NCBI GenBank assembly: GCA_028681135.1
Contig: JAQUJC010000007.1
Span: forward strand, 57-64,056
Length of the DNA stretch: 64,000 nucleotides
From: Kiritimatiellia bacterium
GTDB taxonomy: Bacteria; Verrucomicrobiota; Kiritimatiellia; CAIQIC01; Lenti-01
Direction of reading: 5' to 3'
Shown here: positions 1 through 9,156 of the stretch, piece after piece
Layout: every line of letters starts with the position of its first letter
Numbering within the stretch: position 1 is the first letter of the stretch
Program-made: the position numbers and the translations under genes
Notes under the pieces: generated by a model
Databases searched by the model: none
Seen by the model: the letters and a program-made list of their open reading frames with translations, nothing else
Told to the model about the DNA's origin: nothing

Positions 1-236
1 CAGGGGCGATTGATTTTGCATGTGGAGATGATGGGGGGGGGGATTGCGGTGGAAATTCCGCAGGGCGGCGTGGAAGTGGTCTCGTAGCCGGCCGTAGCGG
101 GTCCATGACGGGCATTGACATTGTTTAATCGAGGTAGGAATATGAGCCCCAAGGCATTGCAGATTCGTGTCGTGCGGCATGAGTTTCCATCGGCGTGCCC
201 AGATGCTAAAACACCAGACCAAAGGCGTGAGTCGCC

Positions 237-914
237 ATGACACATCAAATGAGCAGACGACGATTAAACTTCCTCAAACGGCGGGTGGCCGTGTGGGGGG
301 GGGGCTGCGTGCTGATCGCCCTTCTGGCGGGGTGTCGTTCCACACCGCTGTTTGGACGACCTGACGCGGACCCGTCCCAGGACGTGGTCAAGCTGCGTTC
401 GGGGCTGGTGATGAATATCGTGGTGTTGGTGGCGGGGGAGAAAGAAATCGATGAGCCCGCCGTACGCATTTTGGAAAACGGGGCGATTGTGCTGCCGTTG
501 CTGGGGAAGATTACCGTAGCGGGAATGGGGCTGGACGACCTGCGAGATCGACTGACCCGGCGTTATCAGTTGTATTATGTGCGCCCTCAGGTGATGGTGG
601 ATTTTGCGTCCGATACTAAGCGGGACGGCATCTCGCCTTGGGGGTTTGTGACGGTGCTGGGGCGGGTGAAGGAACCGGGGCGAATCGTGATTCCGGCCAC
701 CCGGGACCTGACCGTAAGCGGAGCCATTCAACAGGCGGGGGGATTTGACACGAGCGCCAAGGACAATGCCATTTTGGTGACGAGATCGCTGCCTGACGGC
801 ACGGCCGAATCGCGCACAATCAATTTGAAAGCCGTCGGCACTGCCGGGCGAGTGGACGATGACATCGTCCTGGAAGCGGATGATGTGGTCTTTGTGCCGG
901 AAGCCATGTTTTAG
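237..914 (+). CDS. Polysaccharide export outer-membrane lipoprotein, Wza-like (Poly_export + SLBB)
   Basis: 225-aa ORF. Lipobox-like LLAGC near the N-terminus. The sequence 'VVKLRSGLVMNIVV...ENGAIVLPLLGKITVAGMGLDDLRDRLTRRY' is a typical Poly_export/SLBB signature. It is the first gene of a co-directional EPS operon. It contains a G10 tract at 298-307. Confidence 0.8.
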   Translation: MTHQMSRRRLNFLKRRVAVWGGGCVLIALLAGCRSTPLFGRPDADPSQDVVKLRSGLVMNIVVLVAGEKEIDEPAVRILENGAIVLPLLGKITVAGMGLDDLRDRLTRRYQLYYVRPQVMVDFASDTKRDGISPWGFVTVLGRVKEPGRIVIPATRDLTVSGAIQQAGGFDTSAKDNAILVTRSLPDGTAESRTINLKAVGTAGRVDDDIVLEADDVVFVPEAMF

Positions 915-983
915 TCTGCAGTATTCCATCTGGAACCATAGAAGTGAGCCCGGCAGCCGTTCAGCTTCCAGGCGAGCGTTTCC

Positions 984-2471
984 ATGAATTATTCTTCACC
1001 TGATTCGTTAGCCCAGACCCGACGGGGTCCGGCCAGCAATCCCGGGGCGCTGGCCGTGCGCTTTTGGCTGGGGATACTGCTGGTCTATACGACTTGGGTC
1101 TGGGGCGGGTTGCGACCCTCGTTCCACTGGGGGGGGGGGGGCGTCGCTGTGATTCTGCTGGGGACGGTGGTCTATTACGCGTGGCGAACCATGGCGCGCG
1201 ATGCGGTATTTTGGCTGGGCCTGTGCTTTATGGGGTATCTGCTGGTGCAGTGGGGCAATGCGGGGCGAGAGTTGTATTTTGACGTCGGCTTTCAGCGCTG
1301 GAGGTATCTGCCGCCGCCGTGGCCGCATTGGCCGTCGGCCTTTGCGCGGGCCGATGCCTGGCAAATGGTGACCTGGTTTTTTCCTGCCTGGGTCGTGGCG
1401 GTCGCACTGAGGAGCCGGTTGATGACGCTCCGCGAAATGCGTGGGCTGCTCTTTTTTCTGGCCTGCCAGGCGGGGGCGTTGGCCGTGTTCGGGATTGTGC
1501 AAATGCTCAGCCGGACGACCGCCATATATTGGCTGCAACCGCTGAGGGGGCATTTCTTCGCTTCGTTTGCCTATGGCAATCACACCGCGCCTTATTTTGT
1601 ACTGGTGGGGTCGCTCACGGCGGGGTTGCTCTACAGCGATGTGTTGGATTCGCGTCTGAGGGAAGCCAATGGCGGCCGGACTCATCTACGCCATCCCATC
1701 CGCGTTGGGGTGTTGACAGTGCTGTTGCCCCTATGCCTGGCGGGCGCCCTGTTGGGGCTCAGCCGCACGGGGGTGATCCTAACGGTCGCCCTGATTGTGG
1801 GCATCCTGATCTATGGGGGTGCGCGCGGCTGGCTGATTCTCCCCCCCGCGGGCCGTCTGAATTTGGCGGCACTGAGCCTGGCGGTGCTGGGCACGTTGTA
1901 TTTTGGTGTCGTTAGCTTGGGCGAACGGGGCATTCAGAAAGAGTTCACGTTGCGGGGGCCTTTTGCGGGGCACGTTCCGCAGACGCTCTGGGAGCGCGTG
2001 AATCTGGAACTGGGCTATCGGCCCAAATTTGCGCAGGCGGCGGTGGCGATTTGGCAGGAGCAGCCCTGGTTTGGGGTGGGCGGCTGGGGCTATAAGTATC
2101 GGGTGGCTGAGCATGTGCCGAGAAAATTCTGGGGCCGTTTAGAGCGGCGGGGATGGGCCAATACCCATTTTGACTTTCTGCAATTTCTGGCGGAATTCGG
2201 TGTGGTGGGTATGGGATTGCTGCTGGGGGCGTTCGGGGTGATGGTTCGGCACCTTTGGCGGGTGCCCCATCGCGGTGCGCTCTGGACAATGGGGGTGGTA
2301 GGATTAGGGTTGGTGGTGGTGTTCAGTGTGATCGATATTCCGTTCCGTTGTCCGGCCATTTTGTTGACCTGGGTGGCGGTGCTGGGCGCTGTGCCCGTGG
2401 CGTGCGGAGCCCCGCACTCGACGCGGCGCAGGCCGACGAACGATTTGAATCCGAAAGGGCTAGATGTATGA
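984..2471 (+). CDS. O-antigen ligase family (Wzy_C) polytopic membrane protein
   Basis: 495 aa with many hydrophobic segments. Wzy_C-like motifs 'LSRTGVILTVALIVGILIYG' and 'FGVGGWGY...ANTHFDFLQFLAEFGVVG' are present. A G13 tract at 1129-1141 encodes GGGG. The stop overlaps the start of the next gene (ATGTATGA). Confidence 0.65.
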   Translation: MNYSSPDSLAQTRRGPASNPGALAVRFWLGILLVYTTWVWGGLRPSFHWGGGGVAVILLGTVVYYAWRTMARDAVFWLGLCFMGYLLVQWGNAGRELYFDVGFQRWRYLPPPWPHWPSAFARADAWQMVTWFFPAWVVAVALRSRLMTLREMRGLLFFLACQAGALAVFGIVQMLSRTTAIYWLQPLRGHFFASFAYGNHTAPYFVLVGSLTAGLLYSDVLDSRLREANGGRTHLRHPIRVGVLTVLLPLCLAGALLGLSRTGVILTVALIVGILIYGGARGWLILPPAGRLNLAALSLAVLGTLYFGVVSLGERGIQKEFTLRGPFAGHVPQTLWERVNLELGYRPKFAQAAVAIWQEQPWFGVGGWGYKYRVAEHVPRKFWGRLERRGWANTHFDFLQFLAEFGVVGMGLLLGAFGVMVRHLWRVPHRGALWTMGVVGLGLVVVFSVIDIPFRCPAILLTWVAVLGAVPVACGAPHSTRRRPTNDLNPKGLDV

Positions 2472-4678
2472 ATAATCAGCGACCCATCCCGCCGCCGCCG
2501 GTTACCCCGGACCCGGTGCCTGCACCGCCGATGTACTATGCAGAGACGCAAGTGGAGAGTGGGCCATTCCAGGGGTTGAACCCCCTGCGCCTGCTGCGGA
2601 TTGCCTGTAAAAAGTGGCTGACCATTTTGTTGACGGTCCTCTTTGTGGTCGGAGCGGCCGTTTTCTATCTGAGTCGAGCCCCCCGGATTTACCAGGCCTG
2701 GGCGACAATCGAACTGAGTGTCCGGCGCCCGCGTATTCTCAACAAGCAAGATGCCATGATCGAAGACCCGACCATGGCGATGCAGGTGGAACAAACGCTG
2801 AACACGCAAATCGAGAAATTTAAGAGCGAAGACATGCGGTCACATGCGTGGGCGTGCTACCGGAAACTTTATCCGGACGATCCCATCGGGGATGACGAAC
2901 TAGCTCGACGCATGACGGGACGGGCAAACTTCTCGCTGATGCGCAACACGCGATTGGTTCGAGTGTCCTACATGAGCCGAGACCCGGAATTTGCCATTCG
3001 GGCCTGCAATGCCTATGCCGCGGGAGCCGAAGCGAGTGCCCGGGCAGAAAACCGGGCCGTTTCCGATTCGGCGGTCGCCTGGCTGGAGGCCCAGGCCCAG
3101 GCCCAGAAGCAGGAGTTAGATATGGCGGACCAGGCGCTGTTGGATGCCCGCCAGCAATACCAGATTGATGTGCTCGAGGGGCAACGCAAGACGATGCAAA
3201 GCACACTGCTGAGTTTTAATGAGGCCATGGTCCAGATTGAGAACCGAGCGACGTTGGAAGGTAAGCTGTTGGCTGCGCTCAGCGCCATTGAGTTGGAGCC
3301 CGAAAAAGCCGGGGAGTTGCCGGTGGACATTCCACGGGCGGCCGACGTGGCCGATGCGCTAGACCGTTGGCGCTCAGCGGTGTCCGAGCGGGATGGGCTG
3401 ATGTCGCGCTATACCGAACGGCATCCGGCGGTACAGGCCCAAGACCAGGCCGTGAAAATGCTGCATCAGCAGGCGTTAGACGCATTGCAGCGCGCCAAGA
3501 ACACGGCGGCGGCCAACCTGGCGCTTTATGAAGATCAAGTGGCCAGTCTGCGTCACAAAAAGCAAGACCAGCTCAAACTGGCTTCAGATTTGGACCGCGA
3601 CATTCTGGACGCGACAATGAAAATCGCCGCGCTGGAACGGACGCGCAGTGCAGCCGACGCCTCCTTTCTGGGGGTCTTGTACCGTATTCAGGAAGCCCGG
3701 CTGTCGGCCGACGAGAACACCGCCACAGTCAAGCTAGTGGACCGCGCCCGGCGGAGCATCCAGGTGCATCCACGACCGTTACGGGTGTTGTTCATAGCGC
3801 TGTTGCTGGGGGGCGGGCTGGGCTTCGGTTTGGCGTTCCTCACGGACCTGCTGGAAGACCATGTGGTGGATGCCCAAGACATCGAAAGCGGTATGGGCGT
3901 CAAAATTTTGGCAATCATTCCGCATGTCAGCACGAGCGACCGCAAGGTGATCGCACTGGCCACCCTCACCCATTCGCATGGAGAGATGGCGGAAGCCTTC
4001 TCCGGTTTGCGGTCGGTGTTGGATTCCGCCGCCTATCGAGACCAATCGCGGGTCGTTTTAGTGGCCAGTTCGCTGCCGGAGGAAGGCAAGACGACCACTT
4101 GTTGCAATCTAGCGACGGCTTGCGCACGGATCGGCCAGCGGACCCTGCTGATCGACTTCGATCTTCGTCGACCGCGTATTAGCAGCATTTTTCCCATCCC
4201 GCGCGGGCATCAGGGGTTGCTGGAATACCTGGCCAGTCCCAACACCCAGCCGCAGGACATCACGTATGCCTCGGGCAGTGCCCACTTGGATATTATGGCT
4301 TCGCGGGCCTCCGGAGAAGCACGTCCCGCCGAACTGATCGGGGGTGCCAAGGTTGTGGACCTGCTGGCCTGGGCCCGGGCTAACTACGAGCGGGTGATCA
4401 TCGATGCGGCACCGCTGGGGATCGTCAGCGATGCCCTGTCCTTGGCGGGGCAGGCGGATTGCGTGCTGGTCATGGCCCGGCCGGGCACAAGTCGCAAGCG
4501 GGCCGTTCGGCATACGATCCGGCGTTTCCAGGATGTGGGCATTTCTGCACTGGCAGTGGTGATGAACGATGTGGACCATTCCCGCTTCACCTACCACGGT
4601 TACGGCCCATATTATCACTATCAGAAGCATTATCACTCCTATGCGGCGGACACCCCACCGGAGACTCCGCCCAGCTAG
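2468..4678 (+). CDS. Wzc-like polysaccharide co-polymerase / bacterial tyrosine (BY) kinase
   Basis: The N-terminal TM segment plus long coiled-coil region is GNVR/Wzz-like, followed by a second TM segment. The C-terminal P-loop ATPase has Walker A 'LPEEGKTTTCCNLA', A' 'LLIDFDLRRP' and Walker B 'VIIDAAP'. The C-terminal Tyr cluster is 'YHGYGPYYHYQKHYHSY'. I chose the internal ATG at 2468 (MNNQRP) rather than the 2255 extension, which overlaps the upstream gene. Confidence 0.85.
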   Translation: MNNQRPIPPPPVTPDPVPAPPMYYAETQVESGPFQGLNPLRLLRIACKKWLTILLTVLFVVGAAVFYLSRAPRIYQAWATIELSVRRPRILNKQDAMIEDPTMAMQVEQTLNTQIEKFKSEDMRSHAWACYRKLYPDDPIGDDELARRMTGRANFSLMRNTRLVRVSYMSRDPEFAIRACNAYAAGAEASARAENRAVSDSAVAWLEAQAQAQKQELDMADQALLDARQQYQIDVLEGQRKTMQSTLLSFNEAMVQIENRATLEGKLLAALSAIELEPEKAGELPVDIPRAADVADALDRWRSAVSERDGLMSRYTERHPAVQAQDQAVKMLHQQALDALQRAKNTAAANLALYEDQVASLRHKKQDQLKLASDLDRDILDATMKIAALERTRSAADASFLGVLYRIQEARLSADENTATVKLVDRARRSIQVHPRPLRVLFIALLLGGGLGFGLAFLTDLLEDHVVDAQDIESGMGVKILAIIPHVSTSDRKVIALATLTHSHGEMAEAFSGLRSVLDSAAYRDQSRVVLVASSLPEEGKTTTCCNLATACARIGQRTLLIDFDLRRPRISSIFPIPRGHQGLLEYLASPNTQPQDITYASGSAHLDIMASRASGEARPAELIGGAKVVDLLAWARANYERVIIDAAPLGIVSDALSLAGQADCVLVMARPGTSRKRAVRHTIRRFQDVGISALAVVMNDVDHSRFTYHGYGPYYHYQKHYHSYAADTPPETPPS

Positions 4679-4733
4679 ATGCCGCACTGGAATGCCGGAT
4701 CACCGCGCGCCATCTGAATAGAAAGAAACCACT

Positions 4734-5684
4734 ATGAAAACGATTGCTCTTATAGGATGCGGACGCATTCTGAATCGCCACATTGAAGCCATTGCCGCGA
4801 ATCCCGGGCTAGAAATTGCCCTCGTGTGCGACAAGGACGAGGCGAAAGCCCGGGCGGCGGCCGAGCGACTGGGGGTGCCTTTTTTGACGAATTACCGTCA
4901 AATCCGGGGAGTGGATATCGTCGCGGTGCTGACACCGTCGGGGTTGCATCCGCGCCACGTATCCAATGTGGCGGAGCTGACAGATGCCGCCTATATTGTG
5001 TGTGAAAAGCCGCTGTCGCTGACCTTGCGCGAAGCCTACGAGGTCTACCGGCGGGTGCACAAGGCCGGCAAAGTCCTGCTGCCCGTTTATCAGAACCGTT
5101 ACAATCCGCTCGTGGCCCATGTGAAGGAGCTGATCGACAGTGGGCGGCTGGGGGCCATTCATCAATTCATCTGCAATGTGCTTTGGAACCGCAACAACGA
5201 CTATTTCAAGATCGACTGGCATGGGACGGCAGAATTTGATGGCGGCGTGCTGTACACCCAGGCCAGTCACTATGTCGACATGCTGCACCACTTCTTCGGC
5301 GAGGTGGAATCGCACAAAGGCGAGGGCGGGGCCCTGCGCGGATTGCAAGTGTTTGACAGTGTCTCCGCCGTCCTACGCTTTCGCTCCGGCACCGTGGGCA
5401 CGCTCAACGCCACCGTTGACGTCTACGAGAAAAACTTTGCGACAGAATTTACCCTGATCGCGGAAAAGGGGACTATCCGCCTGTCGGGCACCAACCTCAA
5501 CCAAATCGACTTCTGGAATGTGCAGGGCCTGGAGAAGCCGGACATGGATTTCAAACTCGACCATCAGTACGGCAAGGGGCACGACACGCTCTATAAGTAT
5601 ATTGTGGAGGAGCAATGGGACATGTTCCCGTCGAAAGAAGATGTGCTGTCGGGGATTCGGCTGATGGAAATGCTGTCGTATTAG
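4734..5684 (+). CDS. Gfo/Idh/MocA-family NAD(P)-dependent sugar oxidoreductase (WbpB-like)
   Basis: N-terminal Rossmann segment 'MKTIALIGCGRILNRHIEAIAANPGLEIALVCDKD', 316 aa, followed by a hexapeptide acetyltransferase as in the WbpB-WbpD arrangement. Confidence 0.8.
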   Translation: MKTIALIGCGRILNRHIEAIAANPGLEIALVCDKDEAKARAAAERLGVPFLTNYRQIRGVDIVAVLTPSGLHPRHVSNVAELTDAAYIVCEKPLSLTLREAYEVYRRVHKAGKVLLPVYQNRYNPLVAHVKELIDSGRLGAIHQFICNVLWNRNNDYFKIDWHGTAEFDGGVLYTQASHYVDMLHHFFGEVESHKGEGGALRGLQVFDSVSAVLRFRSGTVGTLNATVDVYEKNFATEFTLIAEKGTIRLSGTNLNQIDFWNVQGLEKPDMDFKLDHQYGKGHDTLYKYIVEEQWDMFPSKEDVLSGIRLMEMLSY

Positions 5685-5795
5685 TTGTTGGTGGGTGGTT
5701 GTTGGTGGGTGGTTGTTGGTGGCCGGTAGCCGGTGGCCGGTAGCCGGTGGTCGGTGGTCGGTGGTCGGTAGCCGGTAGCCGGTGGTCAGTAGTCA
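5685..5795. repeat. Heptanucleotide tandem repeat (~16 units, pattern TNGNNGG: TTGTTGG/TGGGTGG/TGGCCGG/TAGCCGG/TGGTCGG...)
   Basis: Seen directly in the sequence between the oxidoreductase stop and the four-helix-bundle gene. It is G/T-rich on the + strand with a 7-nt period, so it is not a coding period. Confidence 0.85.
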
Positions 5796-5841
5796 GAGGA
5801 CTGAGAGCGGGAGACAGTGGGTAGTAAAAGAAGAGGCAGGG

Positions 5842-6225
5842 ATGCTAGCAAAATCGGCAAAAGACTTACGCGTTTACCAGCAGGCCTATTCCACCGCCAT
5901 GGAAATATTTGAGTTCAGCAAAAAATGGCCCAAGGAGGAGAAATACTCGTTAATCGATCAGATCAGGCGATCATCCAGATCCGTCTGTGCGAATCTGCGC
6001 GAAGCGTGGTGCAAAAGACGCTATGAGGCTCATTTTAAGAGCAAACTCACCGATGTAGATGCTGAAAATAGCGAGACTGACACTTGGTTAGATTTTGCGA
6101 AAGACTGCGGCTATCTCGATGCACCGACACACCAACGTCTTGTTGAGCAATGCCGTGCCGTCGGGAAAATGACCGGCGCCATGCTTCATTCCGCCAAGTC
6201 ATTCACACCACATTCAGATCATTGA
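5842..6225 (+). CDS. Four-helix-bundle protein (TIGR02436-type, '23S rRNA intervening-sequence protein' family)
   Basis: 128 aa from Met at 5842: 'MLAKSAKDLRVYQQAYSTAMEIFEFSKKWPKEEKYSLIDQIRRSSRSVCANLREAWCKRRYEAHFKSKL...'. This is the characteristic family signature. The gene is inserted between the oxidoreductase and the acetyltransferase. Confidence 0.75.
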   Translation: MLAKSAKDLRVYQQAYSTAMEIFEFSKKWPKEEKYSLIDQIRRSSRSVCANLREAWCKRRYEAHFKSKLTDVDAENSETDTWLDFAKDCGYLDAPTHQRLVEQCRAVGKMTGAMLHSAKSFTPHSDH

Positions 6226-6277
6226 CTTCTGACCACCGACTACTGCTCACCGACCACGGGCCATTGGACCCCATGCT

Positions 6278-6985
6278 ATGAAAAACATAATACCGACCCC
6301 CAACCACCAACCACCAACGGCTTTCTTCAAACACGAATCGGCCTACGTTGACGACGGCGCCCAAATTGGCGCGGGGACGAAGATTTGGCACTTCAGCCAC
6401 ATCATGAAGGGGGCAACGATTGGGGAGCGCTGTGTGTTTGGCCAGAACGTGAACGTCGATGGCGGTGTCATCATTGGCAGCAATGTGAAGGTGCAGAACA
6501 ACGTCTCGATCTATACGGGGACAGTCATTGAGGATGATGTTTTCCTCGGTCCCTCCTGTGTGCTGACCAATGTGACCAATCCCCGCAGCCAGGTGAATCG
6601 TCACAGCCTGTACGAAAAAACGCTTATCCGCCGCGGTGCCACCATCGGGGCCAATGCCACGATCGTGTGCGGCGTGACTCTCGGCCGCTACTGTTTCATT
6701 GCTGCGGGTAGCGTGGTGACCAAAGATGTTCCAGATTATGGTCTCGTGATGGGCAACCCCGCCCGCCAAAAGGGGTGGATGAGCCGCCACGGCCACATCC
6801 TCCGGCCACATCCTCCGGCCTCAACCAACAACCAGCAACCAACAACCATCATGGTGTGCCCCGAATCCGGCTTCCGCTACCAACTCACCGACGGCGTGAT
6901 GCGCTGTCTCGATCTGGACGAGGAATGTCCACTGCCGCCGGACCTGTCCCGCGGAAGCCAGTCCTATACGTCACTCAAACGCTGA
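6278..6985 (+). CDS. Left-handed beta-helix (hexapeptide) N-acetyltransferase, WbpD/PglD-like, with C-terminal Trm112-like zinc-ribbon tail
   Basis: Hexapeptide repeats 'GAQIGAGTKIWHFSHIMKGATIGERCVFGQNVNVDGGVIIGSNVKVQNNVSIYTGTVIEDDVFLGPSCVL', then 'GNPARQKGWMSRHGH'. The tail 'MVCPESGFRYQLTDGVMRCLD' resembles a CPxG...C zinc ribbon. Confidence 0.8.
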   Translation: MKNIIPTPNHQPPTAFFKHESAYVDDGAQIGAGTKIWHFSHIMKGATIGERCVFGQNVNVDGGVIIGSNVKVQNNVSIYTGTVIEDDVFLGPSCVLTNVTNPRSQVNRHSLYEKTLIRRGATIGANATIVCGVTLGRYCFIAAGSVVTKDVPDYGLVMGNPARQKGWMSRHGHILRPHPPASTNNQQPTTIMVCPESGFRYQLTDGVMRCLDLDEECPLPPDLSRGSQSYTSLKR

Positions 6986-7014
6986 CTCTCTATCTGTTTT
7001 CGCCGCCGTTAGCT

Positions 7015-8511
7015 ATGCCCTCCAACTCGCCCAAGAAACCCACTCGCACCAGCAACGTTCTCGCTCTTTCCTTTGGGAAGGGGTTGGCCACGGTTATCGC
7101 GCTCGTCTCGGGCATGGTCATGGCACGGATTCTGAGCCAAACAGAGCTGGCGACCTATCGCCAAACCATGTTGGCCTACAATGTGATGGTGCCGGTGTTG
7201 TCGCTGGGAATCGGTTCCGGCATCTATTACTTTCTGCCCACGGAAAAGCTGCGGGTGCGCGGCGTGGTGGTGGATGGGTTGCTGATGATGGTAGGCATGG
7301 GGTTGCTCTATGCCGTGTTTATTGCCGTGGGCGGCAACCATCTCCTGGCCAAGCGCTTTTCCAATCCCGCCATCGTGAACACACTGGCCTATCTGGTGCC
7401 GTTGCCGATCATCATGTTGCCCGCCGGACTGCTGGCATCCGTCATGGTGGTCCAGAACCAAGTTCAGAAGCTTACCGTTTACAACGTGCTGAGCAGCCTG
7501 TTGCTCGCCACCGGGGTAATCGTCGCTTGCGTGGCATGGAAAAGTCCCGATGCGATGATTCTCACACGGGTCGGAATCAGCGTGGCGACGGGGTTGGTCG
7601 CGATCTACTTGATTCTTCGGGCGGTCCCGGCGGATGCGTGGCAGCCATCCTTGACCAGTATGAAGCAGATGATTGCCTACAGCATTCCGTTGGTCCTAGC
7701 CGGGGCGTTGGGCACTATCTCGCTTCAGATCGACAAATTGATTGTGTCTTCCATGTGTTCCCCCGAGCAATTTGCGGTGTATTCTAACGGCGCTATAGAA
7801 ATCCCGCTGATCGGCATTTTAACCGGATCGATTGCCGCCGTGATCCAACCGGATTTGCGCCGGATGGTGGCGGACGGGAATTTTTCTGCCGCCTTGGCGT
7901 TATTTCGCCAGGCGGCCGGCAAGTCTGCCGTGGTCCTGATTCCGGTCATGATGTTTTTGCTTATCAGCGCCGAACCTTTCATCTTGACTCTGTTTTCATC
8001 AAAATATTCCGGTAGTGTCCTGCCGTTTCGGTTGTACCTGCTGATTCTGCCGGCTCGGATCGTCTATTACGGCGTCTTCATGATGGCCTTGGGACTGAAT
8101 AAAATGATCTTATACCGGACGGTGATCGGATTGATTGCCAATTTGGTCTTGAGCATTATATTGGTTCAGTGGCTGGGGTTTATCGGTGCGATTGTGGGCA
8201 CCATCCTGACCTTGTATCTGGTGGCCTGCGCGTGGAATTTTGCCGTAATCAGCCGGGCTGTCGGCTGTCGCTGGTGGCAAATCGTTCCGTTTGGGAGTCT
8301 GTTCCAGTTGGCGGGCATCTCGATATTGGCCGGTATCCCCCTAGCGATGATGACGCCGTTTGTGCACAAGGTGGTGCCGGTGGGTCAGTTGATGCTTTAT
8401 GCCGCCATCTTTTTTCCAACACTAGCGGCATTGGCTTGGCTGTTTCGGATTGAATTGTTGACCCGTGAATGCCGCAAGCTATGGAATCGCGGATTGGCCT
8501 TGTGGCGATGA
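7015..8511 (+). CDS. Wzx-like polysaccharide flippase (MOP/polysaccharide biosynthesis protein family)
   Basis: 498 aa from the internal ATG at 7015 (MPSNSPKK...), about 12 TM segments. The N-terminus 'LALSFGKGLATVIALVSGMVMARILSQTELATYRQ' is typical of Wzx/Polysacc_synt. Confidence 0.75.
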   Translation: MPSNSPKKPTRTSNVLALSFGKGLATVIALVSGMVMARILSQTELATYRQTMLAYNVMVPVLSLGIGSGIYYFLPTEKLRVRGVVVDGLLMMVGMGLLYAVFIAVGGNHLLAKRFSNPAIVNTLAYLVPLPIIMLPAGLLASVMVVQNQVQKLTVYNVLSSLLLATGVIVACVAWKSPDAMILTRVGISVATGLVAIYLILRAVPADAWQPSLTSMKQMIAYSIPLVLAGALGTISLQIDKLIVSSMCSPEQFAVYSNGAIEIPLIGILTGSIAAVIQPDLRRMVADGNFSAALALFRQAAGKSAVVLIPVMMFLLISAEPFILTLFSSKYSGSVLPFRLYLLILPARIVYYGVFMMALGLNKMILYRTVIGLIANLVLSIILVQWLGFIGAIVGTILTLYLVACAWNFAVISRAVGCRWWQIVPFGSLFQLAGISILAGIPLAMMTPFVHKVVPVGQLMLYAAIFFPTLAALAWLFRIELLTRECRKLWNRGLALWR

Positions 8512-8607
8512 GTTGGATAGAGACCCCAACCATGATGATATGCGGATTTTATACAGCGTGTTGGGGGGAGCTGTAATGAGTAAAGAACTTCATCCAGTCA
8601 TATATTA

Positions 8608-9156
8608 ATGAAAATTCGTTCAATTGTTATCCGCAGTTTCAAAGCAATGCGGTATCTATGGCCTTGGTTTCTTTTCGCTCGTTTTACACGGCCAATACCG
8701 CCCGGATTATGGTTGGCTAATGGGTTCCTACAACGAGTTCTCCGTATCGGGGGGAAGATACCATGGATGGTCCATTATACATCCTATGTAAGTGGCCATA
8801 TCCAAATCGGGGAAAATGTGTGGAAATCATTTGCGTTGAGCGGGGGGTGCTATATGCAAGGGCGTAATGGGATTTATTTGGGTGACAACGTGTTATTTGC
8901 GCCAGGCGTGAAAATAATTTCCGCCAACCATGATCCTCGGGATATGGCGACTTGGCTGCCGTCCCCACCGATCCGGATTGGTCACCGATGTTGGATTGGA
9001 GTGAATGCGGTCATTCTGCCCGGGGTAGAATTGGGGGACGAGTGTATTGTCGGAGCGGGTGCAGTTGTAACTCAGAGTTTCCCGACAGGTAGCATCATTG
9101 CGGGTGTTCCGGCAAAGACCATCGGATTCAACACGTCAGGGAAAACAAAACAGTGA
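8608..9156 (+). CDS. Hexapeptide-repeat O-acetyltransferase (WcaF / maltose O-acetyltransferase-like)
   Basis: 'NVLFAPGVKIISANHDP...IRIGHRCWIGVNAVILPGVELGDECIVGAGAVVTQSFPTGSIIAGVPAKTI' is a WcaF-like left-handed beta-helix. The stop overlaps the start of the next gene. Confidence 0.7.
   Translation: MKIRSIVIRSFKAMRYLWPWFLFARFTRPIPPGLWLANGFLQRVLRIGGKIPWMVHYTSYVSGHIQIGENVWKSFALSGGCYMQGRNGIYLGDNVLFAPGVKIISANHDPRDMATWLPSPPIRIGHRCWIGVNAVILPGVELGDECIVGAGAVVTQSFPTGSIIAGVPAKTIGFNTSGKTKQ

Noticed and set aside
2255-2470. N-terminal 72-aa extension of the Wzc-like ORF (start at 2255)
   Set aside because: The extension overlaps the preceding Wzy_C gene in another frame and is Gly/Arg-rich low complexity. 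The internal ATG at 2468 overlaps the upstream stop (ATG-TATGA coupling) and begins the conserved N-terminus.
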